Below, in pieces: positions 9,596 through 17,629 of a stretch of 64,000 nt of DNA. Origin of the DNA: a bacterium (lineage in GTDB: Bacteria > Patescibacteriota > Minisyncoccia > Phycocordibacterales > UBA12079). The notes under the pieces were generated by a model that ran no database searches, was not told where the DNA came from, and was given only the letters and a program-made list of their open reading frames with translations. Made by a program: the position numbers and the translations under genes. Numbering within the stretch: position 1 is the first letter of the stretch; each line of letters begins with the position of its first letter. The stretch lies in the NCBI GenBank assembly GCA_030641525.1, contig DAOWHH010000001.1, positions 2,626-66,625 on the forward strand. Direction: 5' to 3'.

Positions 9596-10135
9596 ATGAA
9601 AAAAGAGGAAAATATATCTAAAAATGATATTTATGAAATTGGCTATCTTTTAGTGTCAAATATTTTAGAAGACGAGATACTTAAAGAAGTAGCTAATCTT
9701 AAATCTATATTAGAAAAACAAAAATCTACTTTTATGTCAGGAGATGAGCCTAAATTAATAAATCTTGCTTATCCTATGTCAAAAATGATTGATGGTGAGA
9801 AACAGATATTTGATAAAGCTTATTTTGCTTGGATTAAATTCAGAATTGATGTTGAGAAACTAGATGTTTTTAAAAAGGAACTTGATAAGTATCAGAATAT
9901 TTTAAGGTATCTTTTAATAAAAACTCTTGAAAAAGATACTATGATGTCAGATTCTAAAAAAAGTGTTTTTGTACAAAAAGATAAAAGTATAACTCAGGAA
10001 GGAAAAGTTATTGAGCCATTAAAGATTGTTGAAAAGGATTCTCATCAAGAAAATGAGGAAGTAAAAATAACAGAAAAAGAAAAAAAGGAGAAAAAGGATT
10101 TAGATGAGACAATTGATAACTTAATAATAAAATAA
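9596..10135 (+). CDS. rpsF: 30S ribosomal protein S6 with a long K/E-rich C-terminal extension
   Basis: First gene of the conserved rpsF-ssb-rpsR order. IYEIGYLL...LINLAYPM resembles the S6 core. The ATG at 9596 is preferred over the GTG at 9569, which overlaps tatD. Confidence 0.7.
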   Translation: MKKEENISKNDIYEIGYLLVSNILEDEILKEVANLKSILEKQKSTFMSGDEPKLINLAYPMSKMIDGEKQIFDKAYFAWIKFRIDVEKLDVFKKELDKYQNILRYLLIKTLEKDTMMSDSKKSVFVQKDKSITQEGKVIEPLKIVEKDSHQENEEVKITEKEKKEKKDLDETIDNLIIK

Positions 10136-10163
10136 AATTATTACTCAATAACTAAATAAATAT

Positions 10164-10604
10164 ATGTATCTAAATAAGGTTATTTTAATAGGAAATTTAA
10201 CACGAGATCCAGAATTAAAGGCTTTGCCGTCTGGTAATCAAGTAGTTAATTTTAGTATAGCTACAAATAGTGTATGGAGAGATAAGGAAGGTAATAAGAA
10301 AGAGGCTGTGGAATTTCATAATATTGTATCTTTTGGTAAACAAGCCGAAAATATAGCTCAATATATGAAAAAAGGAAGTAGTCTTTTAGTTGAAGGTAGA
10401 TTACAAACACAAAGCTGGGAAGCTGATGGTATAAAGAAATATAGAACTGAAATAGTAGCTGATAAGGTGCAATTTGGTCCTAAGAGGGACGGAGGAGCAT
10501 CTAATAATTATGACAATCAGGATAAAGGTGAAAATAATGCTCCAAAACCTGATACAGTTGATTATCCGCAAGAAGAAATTAATCCAGATGATATACCGTT
10601 CTAA
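10164..10604 (+). CDS. ssb: single-stranded DNA-binding protein
   Basis: 146 aa. MYLNKVILIGNLTRDPELK OB-fold start and an acidic C-terminal tip DDIPF. Confidence 0.93.
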   Translation: MYLNKVILIGNLTRDPELKALPSGNQVVNFSIATNSVWRDKEGNKKEAVEFHNIVSFGKQAENIAQYMKKGSSLLVEGRLQTQSWEADGIKKYRTEIVADKVQFGPKRDGGASNNYDNQDKGENNAPKPDTVDYPQEEINPDDIPF

Positions 10605-10714
10605 TTTTCTGAAGGAAATTAAAACGAGTTAAAAGTTCGTAAAGTTGAAAGTTAAAAGTCAAAAATTTTCAAAGCAAATTTTTATACCTAATACTTAATA
10701 TATAATACTTATTC

Positions 10715-10915
10715 ATGAAACAATGCATATTCTCACAAAATAATATAAGTCAGATTGATTATAAAGATTTAGACGCAATCAGGAAATTTATAAATCCTCA
10801 CGGTAGGATTTTATCTAGAAAAAGAACTGCTTTATGTGCTAAACATCAAAGACAATTAGCCACTGCTATAAAAAGAGCAAGATTTTTAGGTCTTTTGCCT
10901 TATACTGAAAAATAA
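10715..10915 (+). CDS. rpsR: 30S ribosomal protein S18
   Basis: 66 aa with IDYKDLDAIRKFINPHGRILSRKRTALCAKHQRQLATAIKRARFLGLLPY. Confidence 0.93.
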   Translation: MKQCIFSQNNISQIDYKDLDAIRKFINPHGRILSRKRTALCAKHQRQLATAIKRARFLGLLPYTEK

Positions 10916-10955
10916 AAACAATTTATAGTTAAAAGTTTATAGTAAAAGAAAAGAG

Positions 10956-10980
10956 CGACCGCAAAGCGGTCGTTTTTTTT
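10956..10980 (+). terminator. intrinsic terminator after rpsR
   Basis: CGACCGC-AAA-GCGGTCG stem-loop followed by T8. Confidence 0.85.
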
Positions 10981-11058
10981 ACTTTTAATTATAATTAGTG
11001 ATTATATCTTTCCTCCAAGTATCTAGATTATTTAAATATAATATGATACATTGTATCA

Positions 11059-11898
11059 ATGGAAGATAATGCATATTTAATTTTTATCGATAAAGTTCCT
11101 AAAATAGGTATTAACACCCTATCTCTGAAAGATGTTGAGGAGAAAATCGCAGAAAATAAAGCAAAAAATCTTTTCTTGATAATTGAATCTTATGGTGGTA
11201 GTCCATTTGATGCAATTGCTATAATGAACATATTACATTTGCGGTTTCCTAAAATTTCAACGATTATTCCATGTTTTGCGAAAAGTGCTGCCACACTTAT
11301 GTCTTTAGGTACTGATGAGATATATATGCAAGAAAAATCAGCGTTAGGACCTCTTGATCTACCTATAGAACACCACAAAGACGGATCAACGATAAGTTCT
11401 TTAGATATTCAAAATACAATAACATCAATGGCTGGATTGGTAGGATCAATTGCAGAGGATAGATTTAAATTATTTACTGAAAACACAACCATATCAAAAA
11501 AGGAAGCAATGAAACTTTCTTTAGATAATGCAACAGATTTTGTAAAGCCTATTATCCAGCAAGTAGATCCATATCATCTTCAAAAGGCTGAACGGGAACT
11601 GAGAATTGGATCATGGTATGCAATGGATATGTTATTAAAGAGAATGATGAAAGGACAGTATATAAAGGCACGAAAGACTGCTAATACTCTAGTAAAATCT
11701 TTCCCTGCTCATGAATATTCTATTTTCCCAGAAGTTGCAGAAAATATGCTCGGTCTTAAAATTAAGAAAATATCTGATTTACAACTTTGGGAAAGTAATT
11801 TAAAAAAGATATATAATAATGTGTGCAAAAAACAGTATCATATTGAATATGGTATAATAAAGAAAAATGTTATTAAAAATACAAAACAAAAAAAATAG
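11059..11898 (+). CDS. SDH-family Clp-fold serine proteinase
   Basis: 279 aa. IIESYGGSPFDAIAIMNILHLRFPKISTIIPCFAKSAATLMSLGTDEIYMQEKSALGPLD matches the ClpP/SppA-fold serine dehydrogenase proteinase pattern. The gene stands alone between two terminators. Confidence 0.65.
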   Translation: MEDNAYLIFIDKVPKIGINTLSLKDVEEKIAENKAKNLFLIIESYGGSPFDAIAIMNILHLRFPKISTIIPCFAKSAATLMSLGTDEIYMQEKSALGPLDLPIEHHKDGSTISSLDIQNTITSMAGLVGSIAEDRFKLFTENTTISKKEAMKLSLDNATDFVKPIIQQVDPYHLQKAERELRIGSWYAMDMLLKRMMKGQYIKARKTANTLVKSFPAHEYSIFPEVAENMLGLKIKKISDLQLWESNLKKIYNNVCKKQYHIEYGIIKKNVIKNTKQKK

Positions 11899-12093
11899 TC
11901 AAACAGATGAATTTAATACTATTGGTGATAGTGGTAAGAAAATCGGTGAAAATTGGATTAGTAAGGCAATAGAAAGGGATGCAGAACGTATAATAGCCAG
12001 TAAAAAGAAATCAAAATCCACAGATAATCCTGTTGAAAAGAAGTGATAAATTAATAAAATAAAGTATAAATTGTGATAAATTTATAGAAAAAA

Positions 12094-12124
12094 TAAAAAA
12101 AGGTCGCTTTGCGACCTTTTTTCT
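12094..12124. terminator. bidirectional intrinsic terminator (protease gene / recA)
   Basis: A-run, AGGTCGC-TTT-GCGACCT, T-run. It lies between convergent genes. Confidence 0.8.
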
Positions 12125-12156
12125 TTTACTTTCAACTTTATGAACTTTAAAAACTT

Positions 12157-13239
12157 TTAACTACCTTTCATCTCTTCTCTAATCTTTTTCAAAATTTCAT
12201 TTGATAATTTTTTATCTTCTTTAAGAAATTTTCGTGAGGCATCATAACCTCTACCTAATTTAGTATCATCGTAACTATAAGAAGATCCTGCTTTGGAAAT
12301 TATTCCATATATTTCTCCCAGGGCAATTAGCTCTCCTTCTTTTGATATTCCTTCGTTATAAATCAAATCAAATTCAGTCATCTTGAATGGGGGAGCAACT
12401 TTATTCTTCACTACCTTTACTCTTACTCGTCCCCCCACAACATCAGTTCCTTTTTTAATTTGAGCTATTCTTCTAATATCTAATCTGACAGAAGTGTAAA
12501 ATTTTAAAGCTCTTCCCCCAGGAGTAGTTTCAGGACTACCAAACATCACACCAATTTTCATTCTTATTTGATTGATAAAAATCACAACAGTATTACTCTT
12601 ACCAACAATAGCTGTTAATTTACGAAGGGCTTGAGACATTAATCTAGCTTGTCTCCCTACATGATGAGCTCCCATATCTCCTTCAATTTCAGCTTTAGGG
12701 GTAAGAGCGGCTACTGAATCAATTACTATGACATCTACTTTTCCAGACCTTACTAAAGATTCGGTTATTTCTAATGATTCTTCTCCCGTGTTTGGTTGAG
12801 AAACTAGTAAATCATTTATATTTACACCTAATTTTTTAGAATAATCTGGATCTAAGGCATGTTCAGCATCAACAAAGGCACAGATTCCATTTCCTTTTTG
12901 AGCTTGAGCAATTACATGTAATGCCAAAGTTGTTTTTCCTGAAGATTCAGGTCCGAATATCTCTATAATTCTACCTCTTGGAAGTCCTCCAATACCAAGA
13001 GCATCATCAAGTCCTATCGATCCTGTTGGTATTGCTTCTATCCCAACTTTAGGAGCATCTCCTAGACGAATAATTGAATCTTCTCCGAATTTAGTTCTTA
13101 TTTGGGATAATGTATTTGTTACATCATCCTCTCTTGTATCTTTTTTGGGTTTTTCAATTTTTTTAACCTCTATCTTTTTTTCACTAGTACCTATTGTTTT
13201 TTTAATAGGAGTTTTCTTATCTGCTTTTTTCTTTGGCAT
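12157..13239 (-). CDS. recA: recombinase RecA
   Basis: 360 aa. [16 protein letters not shown] Walker A and the canonical RecA core, with a K-rich N-terminal extension. Confidence 0.97.
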   Translation of the reverse strand: MPKKKADKKTPIKKTIGTSEKKIEVKKIEKPKKDTREDDVTNTLSQIRTKFGEDSIIRLGDAPKVGIEAIPTGSIGLDDALGIGGLPRGRIIEIFGPESSGKTTLALHVIAQAQKGNGICAFVDAEHALDPDYSKKLGVNINDLLVSQPNTGEESLEITESLVRSGKVDVIVIDSVAALTPKAEIEGDMGAHHVGRQARLMSQALRKLTAIVGKSNTVVIFINQIRMKIGVMFGSPETTPGGRALKFYTSVRLDIRRIAQIKKGTDVVGGRVRVKVVKNKVAPPFKMTEFDLIYNEGISKEGELIALGEIYGIISKAGSSYSYDDTKLGRGYDASRKFLKEDKKLSNEILKKIREEMKGS

Positions 13240-13308
13240 GATATTTCAGTTTTTAGTTTATAGAATGAAATCGCAAAGTGATTTTCTTAACTAAAAACTT
13301 TTAACTTA

Positions 13309-13668
13309 TTAATTATTAATTAATAACACTACTTCTATTTCTTTTTCAATTTTTCTATCATATTTATCTTGAGCTGATACTTTAATCATATTATATCCAG
13401 GAGATAGGATTAATTTTTCTTTTATCTTTCCATCCAAATTTACATATATTTGTTTATCATTTAAACTAATATATGAAATGTTTTTCGTATACCCTGTCAC
13501 ATAAATAATATTATCATATTGACTTGAACCATTTATCGGTGTTGTTAATTCAATAATTGGACCTTGGAGATACGCTTTTGTTTGGTAATAAGAATAATAA
13601 ATAGTAATCAACACAATAATAACAAATAAAAATATTCCAATACTGTTTCTGATTAATTTATTATTCAT
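13309..13668 (-). CDS. small membrane-anchored protein, function unknown
   Basis: 119 aa with an N-terminal TM helix (IGIFLFVIIVLITIYYSYY) and a beta-rich ectodomain. Overlaps the ftsK stop by 8 nt. Confidence 0.5.
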   Translation of the reverse strand: MNNKLIRNSIGIFLFVIIVLITIYYSYYQTKAYLQGPIIELTTPINGSSQYDNIIYVTGYTKNISYISLNDKQIYVNLDGKIKEKLILSPGYNMIKVSAQDKYDRKIEKEIEVVLLINN

Positions 13669-15931
13669 CTTCTTCTTCCTCTTCTTCTACAAAATATCCT
13701 TCTCCTTCATAATCCTTATTTTTCTTGTCTTTTGTAATTTCATCTGATGAGGAAATTTTCTCGTCATATTCTTCATCATTATCTTGGATAAGTATTTCTC
13801 TCGGTTTTGATCCGTCTTTTGGTCCTATAATTCCGTTTTCTTCTAATTCATCTATTATTCTTGCTGCTCTAGCGTAACCTACTTTCAATTTTCTCTGTAA
13901 ATATGAAGTAGAAGCTGATCCTGCTTGTATAATTATTTCTTTAGCTTCTTCATATAAAGGATCTAAATCTTCGTCATTGTCTTCTTCTAATGCTTTAAAT
14001 ATGGGATTTTTATCTCTTTCAGCTGTACTAATATCTATTTCATCAGGAATTTCATCTGCATATGTTTCTCTTAAGAATTTGGTTACATCTTTTATTTCTG
14101 TTTCAGAAATAAAAGCAGATTGAATCCTTGTAGGTTTTGACATTTCTCCTGATAAATAAAGCATATCTCCCGCTCCAAGTAATTTTTCAGCGCCTCCTGA
14201 GTCTAAAATAGTTCTAGAATCTATTTGTGAAGCTACCTGAAGAGCAATTCTTGATGGTACATTTGCTTTAATCAAGCCTGTTATAACATTAACAGAGGGT
14301 CTTTGTGTGGAAAGAACTAAATGAATTCCAACAGCTCTACTCATTTGGGCTAAACGAACAATTGCAGCTTCTAATTCTCTTGGATATGTCTGCATAATAT
14401 CTGCTAATTCGTCTATTACTATGACAATATATGGCATTGCGTCGGGTAATTCATCGTCAACTTCTCCTTTTTTGGACGCTTTTTCATAAGCAGGATTTAC
14501 TATATTTTTATGATAAGACTGTATATCTCTTACTGATACAGATTCTAATATATCATATCTTCTATCCATTTCTTTTAGAGCCCATTTTAGGGATAGGATA
14601 GCTTTTTTTGCTTCTGTGATTACAGGTGTAAGTAAATGAGGAATATTCTTATACTGAGTAAGTTCAACCCTTTTAGGGTCTATCATTATGAATTTAAGAT
14701 TGTCAGGTGTTGCTCTAAATAATAGGGAATTAATTAAAGTATGTATGGTTATTGATTTTCCTGATCCTGTTGCCCCAGCTATCAATATATGAGGAGCTTT
14801 TGCTAGATTAACAAAATGAATATTTCCAGAGATGTCTTTACCAAGTGCAATAGTTAAAAGATTTTCACTATTCTTAAATTCTTTTGAAGAAAATAATGTT
14901 GCTAATCCAACCAATGTTTTTGTTGAGTTAGGGATTTCAATTCCTACAAGAGATTTTCCTGGGATAGGAGCCTCAATTCTGAGAGGATGAGCAGCTAAAG
15001 CTAGTGATAAATCATTTTGCAAACCTACTATTCGAGTTAATTTTATTCCTTCGGCTGGCTTAAGAGCGTAACGAGTGACAGATGGACCAATAGATATTTC
15101 GTCCATTTCTACATTTATACCGAAATTTCTTAAGGTTCTTTTTATAATATTTGAATTTGCTTTTATATCTCCAACTTCTGGTTTTCCCTTGTCTTTTCTT
15201 AAAAGGGAGATAGGGGGTAGTAAATTTCTTTTACCAAAATATTCTAATGCTTTTTTTGATAAAAAACTTCCTGTAAGAGAGATATCTTTTTCAAAATCAT
15301 CCTCCATAGTCTTAATATTTTTTTTCCCCTTATCTGCCTTAGCTTCAGTAGGGGAAGGTTCTTCTTCCTCTTCATATTCGTATTCCTCTTCTTTATATTC
15401 ATCCTCATATTCTTCATCATCTAAATCAGTAGATTTTTTTCTTAAAAGATATTTCCAGAATAATAATTTTTTAAATTGTAATTGAGTATCAAGAATTACT
15501 AACAAGGAGATTAAGAATATAGTAATTAAGAAAATAAGGCTTGCATAATAATCAAAGAACTTAACAAGAGGAATAGAAATAAATTTTCCTGCAATACCTC
15601 CTTTGTCGCTAAAAATTAAATCAACAATTCCTAATCCAGAAATAAAGAGAATTACAGAACCAATTATTTTTATTCCAGCAAAATCAGATTTTATTTCTTT
15701 TAAATTTAAAACTCCTAAAAGAAATAAAATTATAGGTATAAAAAAATAACCCATTCCAAATAATAAACTTAGAATTGAATATATTTTTTGTCCAACCAAA
15801 CCTCCATATCCAGTAGAAGCTAATATGAGGAAAACAGACAAAACAAAAAGAATGATACTTATTATCCCTTGAAATGTTTCTTGTTTTAATTTTCTTGGAC
15901 CTTTTTCTTTTTTATCTTTCTTTCTCTTCAT
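13661..15931 (-). CDS. ftsK: DNA translocase FtsK/SpoIIIE
   Basis: 756 aa. N-terminal TM helices, an acidic E/Y-rich linker, the motor domain with GATGSGKS, and a gamma-domain-like C-terminus (YLQRKLKVGYARAARIIDELE) plus an acidic tail. Confidence 0.95.
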   Translation of the reverse strand: MKRKKDKKEKGPRKLKQETFQGIISIILFVLSVFLILASTGYGGLVGQKIYSILSLLFGMGYFFIPIILFLLGVLNLKEIKSDFAGIKIIGSVILFISGLGIVDLIFSDKGGIAGKFISIPLVKFFDYYASLIFLITIFLISLLVILDTQLQFKKLLFWKYLLRKKSTDLDDEEYEDEYKEEEYEYEEEEEPSPTEAKADKGKKNIKTMEDDFEKDISLTGSFLSKKALEYFGKRNLLPPISLLRKDKGKPEVGDIKANSNIIKRTLRNFGINVEMDEISIGPSVTRYALKPAEGIKLTRIVGLQNDLSLALAAHPLRIEAPIPGKSLVGIEIPNSTKTLVGLATLFSSKEFKNSENLLTIALGKDISGNIHFVNLAKAPHILIAGATGSGKSITIHTLINSLLFRATPDNLKFIMIDPKRVELTQYKNIPHLLTPVITEAKKAILSLKWALKEMDRRYDILESVSVRDIQSYHKNIVNPAYEKASKKGEVDDELPDAMPYIVIVIDELADIMQTYPRELEAAIVRLAQMSRAVGIHLVLSTQRPSVNVITGLIKANVPSRIALQVASQIDSRTILDSGGAEKLLGAGDMLYLSGEMSKPTRIQSAFISETEIKDVTKFLRETYADEIPDEIDISTAERDKNPIFKALEEDNDEDLDPLYEEAKEIIIQAGSASTSYLQRKLKVGYARAARIIDELEENGIIGPKDGSKPREILIQDNDEEYDEKISSSDEITKDKKNKDYEGEGYFVEEEEEEDE

Positions 15932-16127
15932 TATTTTCCTTTATTATATCACGGAGGGTTAAAAGTTCATAAAGTTGAAAGCTGATCTTTACGAAGTCTA
16001 TCTTAGGTATATGAAATAAAATTGCTTTGCAATTTTTCTGGACTTAATTCTTAAATCTTAAATCATTTTTTACAAACTTTTAATTTATGGACTTTTAATT
16101 GTCCTGTGTTCTTATACTGCAATGTAA

Positions 16128-16155
16128 TTGTCTTTTAAAAAAATATGATTATAAT
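16128..16155 (+). promoter_or_regulatory. putative promoter of the wHTH gene
   Basis: TTGTCT (16128-16133), 16-nt spacer, TATAAT (16150-16155). The -10 box sits inside a perfect 14-bp palindrome ATGATTATAATCAT (16145-16158). Confidence 0.45.
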
Positions 16156-16175
16156 CATCAATATAAAATACTTTT

Positions 16176-16203
16176 TATGACCTTTATTAAAATAAAGGTC
16201 ATA
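16176..16203. promoter_or_regulatory. perfect 28-bp palindromic operator-like site
   Basis: TATGACCTTTATT-AA-AATAAAGGTCATA lies between the putative -10 box and the ATG at 16225. The half-site ATAAAGGTCA matches the intragenic TAAAGGACA repeats. Confidence 0.5.
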
Positions 16204-16224
16204 TTAAGGACATAAAAAATAATA

Positions 16225-16962
16225 ATGAATTCTCTTAAAATTATTGAAAAAAAACAAGATAATGATTTATATTTAAGTTTTTTTAGAAAAAAAACTGAAA
16301 GGGTTGTTTCAGCCTTGTATTTAATAACAAATCATTTTTCTGATGACGAAATTCTTAAATGGAAGTTAAGAAAACAAGGGATTCAGCTATTGTCTTATAC
16401 AATGTCTTTGAATAGAATAGGATTGTCTAATAATAATATATTATTTTCAAATATAGAAAATAATATATCAGAAATAATCTCGTATTTAGATATAGCTTTA
16501 ATAATAAAAATAATTTCAGATACAAATATAGAAGTATTTAAAAGAGAATTAAATTTTCTTTTGTCCTTAATAACCAAGAGTTTACAAAATTTAGATGAAA
16601 ATAGCCTACCAAAACTAAATGGAGATTATTTTAAAGTAAAGGACAGTAATCTGAGAAATAAAGAGGTAAAACTTGCTTTAGAATCTATAAAGGACAACTA
16701 CATAGATAAAGGACAGTTTAAAGGACAAACTCCTTTAAACCCTAAAAAGATAGAAACTAATAAAGAAAAGAAATCATCGCGTAGAGATAAAATAATAAAA
16801 TTATTAGATAAAGGACAAGAATTAACTATAAAGGACATTATGAAAGTTTTTGATGATTGTAGTGAAAAAACTATTCAAAGAGAATTACAAGTTATGCTGA
16901 AAGAATCATTATTGAAAAAAGAAGGGGAGAGAAGATGGAGTCGGTATTCGATGAAAATCTAA
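16225..16962 (+). CDS. DNA-binding protein with a C-terminal winged-helix (DeoR/MarR-like) domain
   Basis: 245 aa. The C-terminal RRDKIIKLLDKGQELTIKDIMKVFDDCSEKTIQRELQVMLKESLLKKEGERRWSRY is a wHTH pattern. The N-terminal helical domain is unassigned. Confidence 0.55.
   Translation: MNSLKIIEKKQDNDLYLSFFRKKTERVVSALYLITNHFSDDEILKWKLRKQGIQLLSYTMSLNRIGLSNNNILFSNIENNISEIISYLDIALIIKIISDTNIEVFKRELNFLLSLITKSLQNLDENSLPKLNGDYFKVKDSNLRNKEVKLALESIKDNYIDKGQFKGQTPLNPKKIETNKEKKSSRRDKIIKLLDKGQELTIKDIMKVFDDCSEKTIQRELQVMLKESLLKKEGERRWSRYSMKI
16637..16837 (+). repeat. array of six exact TAAAGGACA direct repeats inside the coding sequence
   Basis: Copies start at 16637, 16688, 16707, 16719, 16809 and 16829. Three lie in codon phase TA-AAG-GAC-A and three in phase T-AAA-GGA-CA. 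Confidence 0.85.
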
Positions 16963-17488
16963 GAAAACTTTGACCTGTTTACTGGTTTACTGGACAGACA
17001 AGTTTATTATTTTAAAATTCACCCAATTCATCCAATTCACCTAATTTCTAAATTCTAATAAAATAAATAATCCAAAAAGTAAAATAATTTTAATTTTTGA
17101 TTTTGGCCTTTTATTAGGTGAACCTGTCCGCCTCAGGAGGATTAGACCTTAGGTGAATTTTGAATTTTATTGCTGTCTTTCAGGTGATATAAATATGTTT
17201 AATACCCCATATTTACATGATGTTAAAGTTGGTATGAGGGCTTGCTTTTTAACCCTTATTATTATAATATAATAGAGCTATATCTTGACGATATTAGACT
17301 TAAAATATATAAGTTATCCACAAATTTTTTTGGAAAGTGTGGACTGTCAGGATATAATTTAATCAAGATTTTCTGTCGGAATTGACGGGGATTGTTTTGA
17401 TAAATATTCTAGTACATTGAAAAATAAATATTCCGCGACAAATAAAAATACACGAATATATTACTTTAAATTTGGTCGTAAATTTAGG

Positions 17489-17497
17489 TGGTATAAT
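17489..17497 (+). promoter_or_regulatory. extended -10 element upstream of the giant surface protein gene
   Basis: TGgTATAAT about 130 nt upstream of the ATG at 17630. No good -35 box. Confidence 0.3.
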
Positions 17498-17629
17498 AAA
17501 AAATAAACAACGAAATTATTAATTCAATTATTAACCGCATAAAATTATTTTTAATTTTGTGCATTACGATTTCTTAAAAATAAAATCATTATTAATCATT
17601 AATTTTTTAAGAAATTTTGAAAATTTATT

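Noticed and set aside
15075-15485. Antisense or out-of-frame ORFs from the track that overlap other genes: 15075..15485, 2206..2427, 2277..2513, 19777..20037, 22684..22971, 23675..23890, 24189..24425, 26537..26743, 28132..28317, 28527..28733, 30265..30615, 31231..31425, 39032..39244, 54647..54883 and others.
   Set aside because: Each lies inside a well-supported gene on the opposite strand or in another frame. Each also has low-complexity composition (runs of F, S, I, L, K) typical of shadow ORFs.
17314-17322. A perfect DnaA box TTATCCACA in the 667-nt AT-rich spacer (with a partial inverted box at 17338-17346) suggested a replication origin.
   Set aside because: Other perfect boxes are scattered at 30158-30166 and 25452-25460, the latter inside a coding region. 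They do not cluster, and no dnaA/dnaN genes are nearby. A few perfect 9-mers in 64 kb of this composition are close to chance expectation. oriC cannot be called from this window.
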